Shown here in pieces: positions 61,307 through 64,000 of a stretch of DNA of 64,000 nt; the first letter of the stretch is position 1, and the number at the start of each line of letters is the position of its first letter. Origin of the DNA: Macrostomum hystrix (taxonomy: Eukaryota > Animalia > Platyhelminthes). A model generated the notes under the pieces. It was not told the origin of the DNA. It saw nothing but the letters and a program-made list of their open reading frames with translations, and searched no databases. The position numbers and the translations under genes were made by a program. The stretch is taken from the NCBI GenBank assembly GCA_950097015.1, contig CATNEN010000030.1, positions 682,001 to 746,000 on the forward strand. Direction: 5' to 3'.

Positions 61307-62479
61307 CAGGGGTCGGCAAACTCCGGCCCGCGGGCCAGATGCGGCCCTCGAAGCTCCCAAATCCGGCCCGTTGCCCCTTCTGACATCTACAGTGTCCTGT
61401 TTCATCTCTCCCGTGTCTAATCTCTCCCCTGTCTTATCTCTCCTGTGTCTAATCTCTCCTGTGTCTCATCGCTCTCGTGTCTAATCTCTCCCGTGTCTAA
61501 TCTCTCCCCTGTCTTATCTCTCCCGTGTCTAATCTCTCCTGTGTCTCATCGCTCTCGTGTCTAATCTCTCCCGTGTCTAATCTCTCCCCTGTCTTATCTC
61601 TCCCGTGTCTCATCTCTCTCGTGTCTAATCTCTCCCGTGTCTAATCTCTCCCCTGTCTAATCTCTCCCCGTGTCTAATCTCTCCCCTGTCTAATCTCTCC
61701 CCTGTCTTATCTCTCCCGTGTCTCATCTCTCCCCTGTCTAATCTCTCCCCTGTCTTATCTCTCCCGTGTCTCATCTCTCTCGTGTCTTATCTCTCCCGTG
61801 TCTCATCTCTCTCGTGTCTAATCTCTCCCGTGTCTCATCTCTCCCGTGTCTAATCTCTCCCCTGTCTAATCTCTCCCCTGTCTAATCTCACCCGTGTCTC
61901 ATCGCTCTCGTGTCTCATCGCTCTCGTGTCTAATCTCTCCCGTGTCTAATCTCTCCCGTGTCTAATCTCTCCCCTGTCTCATCTCTCTCGTGTCTAATCT
62001 CTCCCGTGTCTCATCTCTCCCGTGTCTAATCTCTCCCCTGTCTAATCTCTCCCCGTGTCTAATCTCTCCCCTGTCTAATCTCTCCCCTGTCTTATCTCTC
62101 CCGTGTCTCATCTCTCTCGTGTCTAATCTCTCCCGTGTCTCATCTCTCCCGTGTCTAATCTCTCCCCTGTCTAATCTCTCCCCTGTCTAATCTCACCCGT
62201 GTCTCATCGCTCTCGTGTCTCATCGCTCTCGTGTCTAATCTCTCCCGTGTCTAATCTCTCCCGTGTCTAATCTCTCCCCTGTCTCATCTCTCTCGTGTCT
62301 AATCTCTCCCGTGTCTCATCTCTCCCGTGTCTAATCTCTCCCCTGTCTCATCTCTCCCGTGTCTCATCTCTCCCGTGTCTCATCCCTCCCTAATCTCATA
62401 TTTATACAGTCAATGCGGCCCTCTGTCGTCTTTTAGGTTCTCTCTTTGGCCCGGCAGCAAATAAGTTTGCCTACCCCTG
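61307..62479. mobile_element. Non-autonomous hAT (Charlie/Buster-type) element carrying a ~1 kb 16-bp satellite (61395-62385)
   Basis: TIRs CAGGGGTCGGCAAAC / GTTTGCCTACCCCTG (14/15); perfect 8-bp TSD GTATAGAG at 61299-61306 and 62480-62487 with central TA. Confidence 0.93.
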
Positions 62480-62487
62480 GTATAGAG

Positions 62488-62760
62488 AATAATAATAATA
62501 ATTATATAATTGTTTACACCTGGCCCAATTCGAAGGCTGTTGAAGGCTGTCTACGGCTGTTCAGTCCATCGACTGGGGGGCGCCACACCCACCCTCAATT
62601 ACCCCAGGCGATGCTGGTACCCATTTAACATCTGGGTGAACTTAATCAATGCAGGTCTAGAGTGTCATGGTAAATGACACTATTTGTTCTAGTGGAGTCG
62701 GGAATCGAACCCCCGACCTTCAAGTCACGAGTCCAACGCTGTAACCACTAGGCTACAACC
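62488..62760 (-). mobile_element. SINE family 2, probably full length with AT-rich tail
   Basis: tRNA-like head at 62760 (GGTTGTAGCCTAGTGG...GGTTCGATTCCC), central CACCCAGATGTTAAATGGGTACCAGC, 3' part shared with 4915-5000, ATT-rich tail abutting the hAT TSD. Confidence 0.82.
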
Positions 62761-63429
62761 CCTATAGAGAATTAACAGAGCAGTGTTAAATGTGACACTG
62801 TGTTAGGTACCAAAATAGGAATAATAAACAAAGTACAAATCAGATTTAATTAATACATTTCTTCATCTGTTTAAGTGTGTATTGGCAAATTCAGTCAAAT
62901 AGATTTGCTAAAATCAGCCTAACTCAATATTAATTTGGTTTGGTATATAAATAGGCTAACAGAGGCTCAATAAACATAATACGGCAGGTAACTAGTTTTA
63001 CAAAAAATACACCAAAAAAATTTAGATGCTAATATACAACATAGATTTACTTTAACAAATTTACCTTGACCAGTATAATCGAATTGCATTAACTAGACGA
63101 GTTTGCTACATGTAGTCACACATTGTGTATCTATATTACTCGTATTTATCTTTGCATATATACAGACGCATGCACGACAGACAAGCCAGGCCCCGAATAA
63201 TATTATATAATATAATACAAAAGGACTACTATTCACCTAGTCATAGGTGCACGTAGTAACACACTATTAATCAATAAATAACGCGGAACTGTTTGTAGGT
63301 TGTATTCAGAGATATACTTGAATATAAAATTGATAACATGTGGCTGAGTATAGCCTAATTACTAGGGTCTCATTTCACAAGGTATTCTAACGCGTGTTTA
63401 ATTTTGCTAAACACATGGCACTCAACGAG

Positions 63430-64000
63430 AAAGGAGCTGGAGTGACAGTAGAGAAGGGAGCTGGAGTGACAGTGAAGAAGGGAGCTGGAGTGACAGTAGA
63501 GAAGGGAGCTGGAGTGACAGTGAAGAAGGGAGCTGGAGTGACAGTAGAGAAGGGAGCTGGAGTGACAGTGAAGAAGGGAGCTGGAGTGACAGTAGAGAAG
63601 GGAGCTGGAGTGACAGTAGAGAAGGGAGCCAGAGTGACAGTGAAGAAGGGAGCTGGAGTGACAGTAGAGAAGGGAGCTAGAGTGACAGTAGAGAAGGGAG
63701 CTGGAGTGACAGTAGAGAAGGAAGCCAGAGTGACAGTAGAGAAGGGAGCTGGAGTGACAGTAGAGAAGGAAGCCAGAGTGACAGTAGAGAAGGAAGCCAG
63801 AGTGACAGTAGAGAAGGGAGCTGGAGTGACAGTAGAGAAGGGAGCTGGAGTGACAGTAGAGAAGGAAGCCAGAGTGACAGTAGAGAAGGGAGCTGGAGTG
63901 ACAGTGAAGAAGGGAGCTGGAGTGACAGTAGAGAAGGAAGCTAGAGTGACAGTAGAGAAGGAAGCTAGAGTGACAGTAGAGAAGGAAGCCAGAGTGACAG
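63430..64000. repeat. 24-bp minisatellite (GAAGGGAGCTGGAGTGACAGTAGA), truncated by window end
   Basis: Direct tandem repeats. Confidence 0.96.

Overview
This window is animal genomic DNA, not prokaryotic: GC-rich, poly-Gln/Ala/Pro exons with GT-AG introns, AT-rich intergenic DNA and very dense 16-44 bp minisatellites. The style suggests the flatworm Macrostomum lignano, which is an inference I could not verify. I reconstructed these genes by hand with phase-consistent exons: a Caskin orthologue (+, ANK-SH3-SAM-SAM, 5' end not found), TMEM151 (-), SMARCD/BAF60 (+, complete), an RNF38/RNF44-like RING-H2 ligase (+) and an ERR/NR3-like nuclear receptor (-). Between TMEM151 and SMARCD lie a SNAPC2-like gene and a short SANT-like paralogue. 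Mobile DNA comprises a BEL/Pao LTR retrotransposon remnant with an intact 3' LTR, two tRNA-derived SINE families, a TTAA-flanked CAGTAG-terminal non-autonomous DNA element family and a hAT MITE with an 8-bp TSD. The most notable observations are a candidate trans-spliced cluster of SNAPC2-like, SANT-like and SMARCD genes, DNA transposons that carry satellite arrays, a conserved hairpin in the main SINE, and an unexplained intronic ORF. Four same-direction (+1) frameshifts also occur, most likely long-read indel errors. Family assignments come from recalled motifs; no database search was run.
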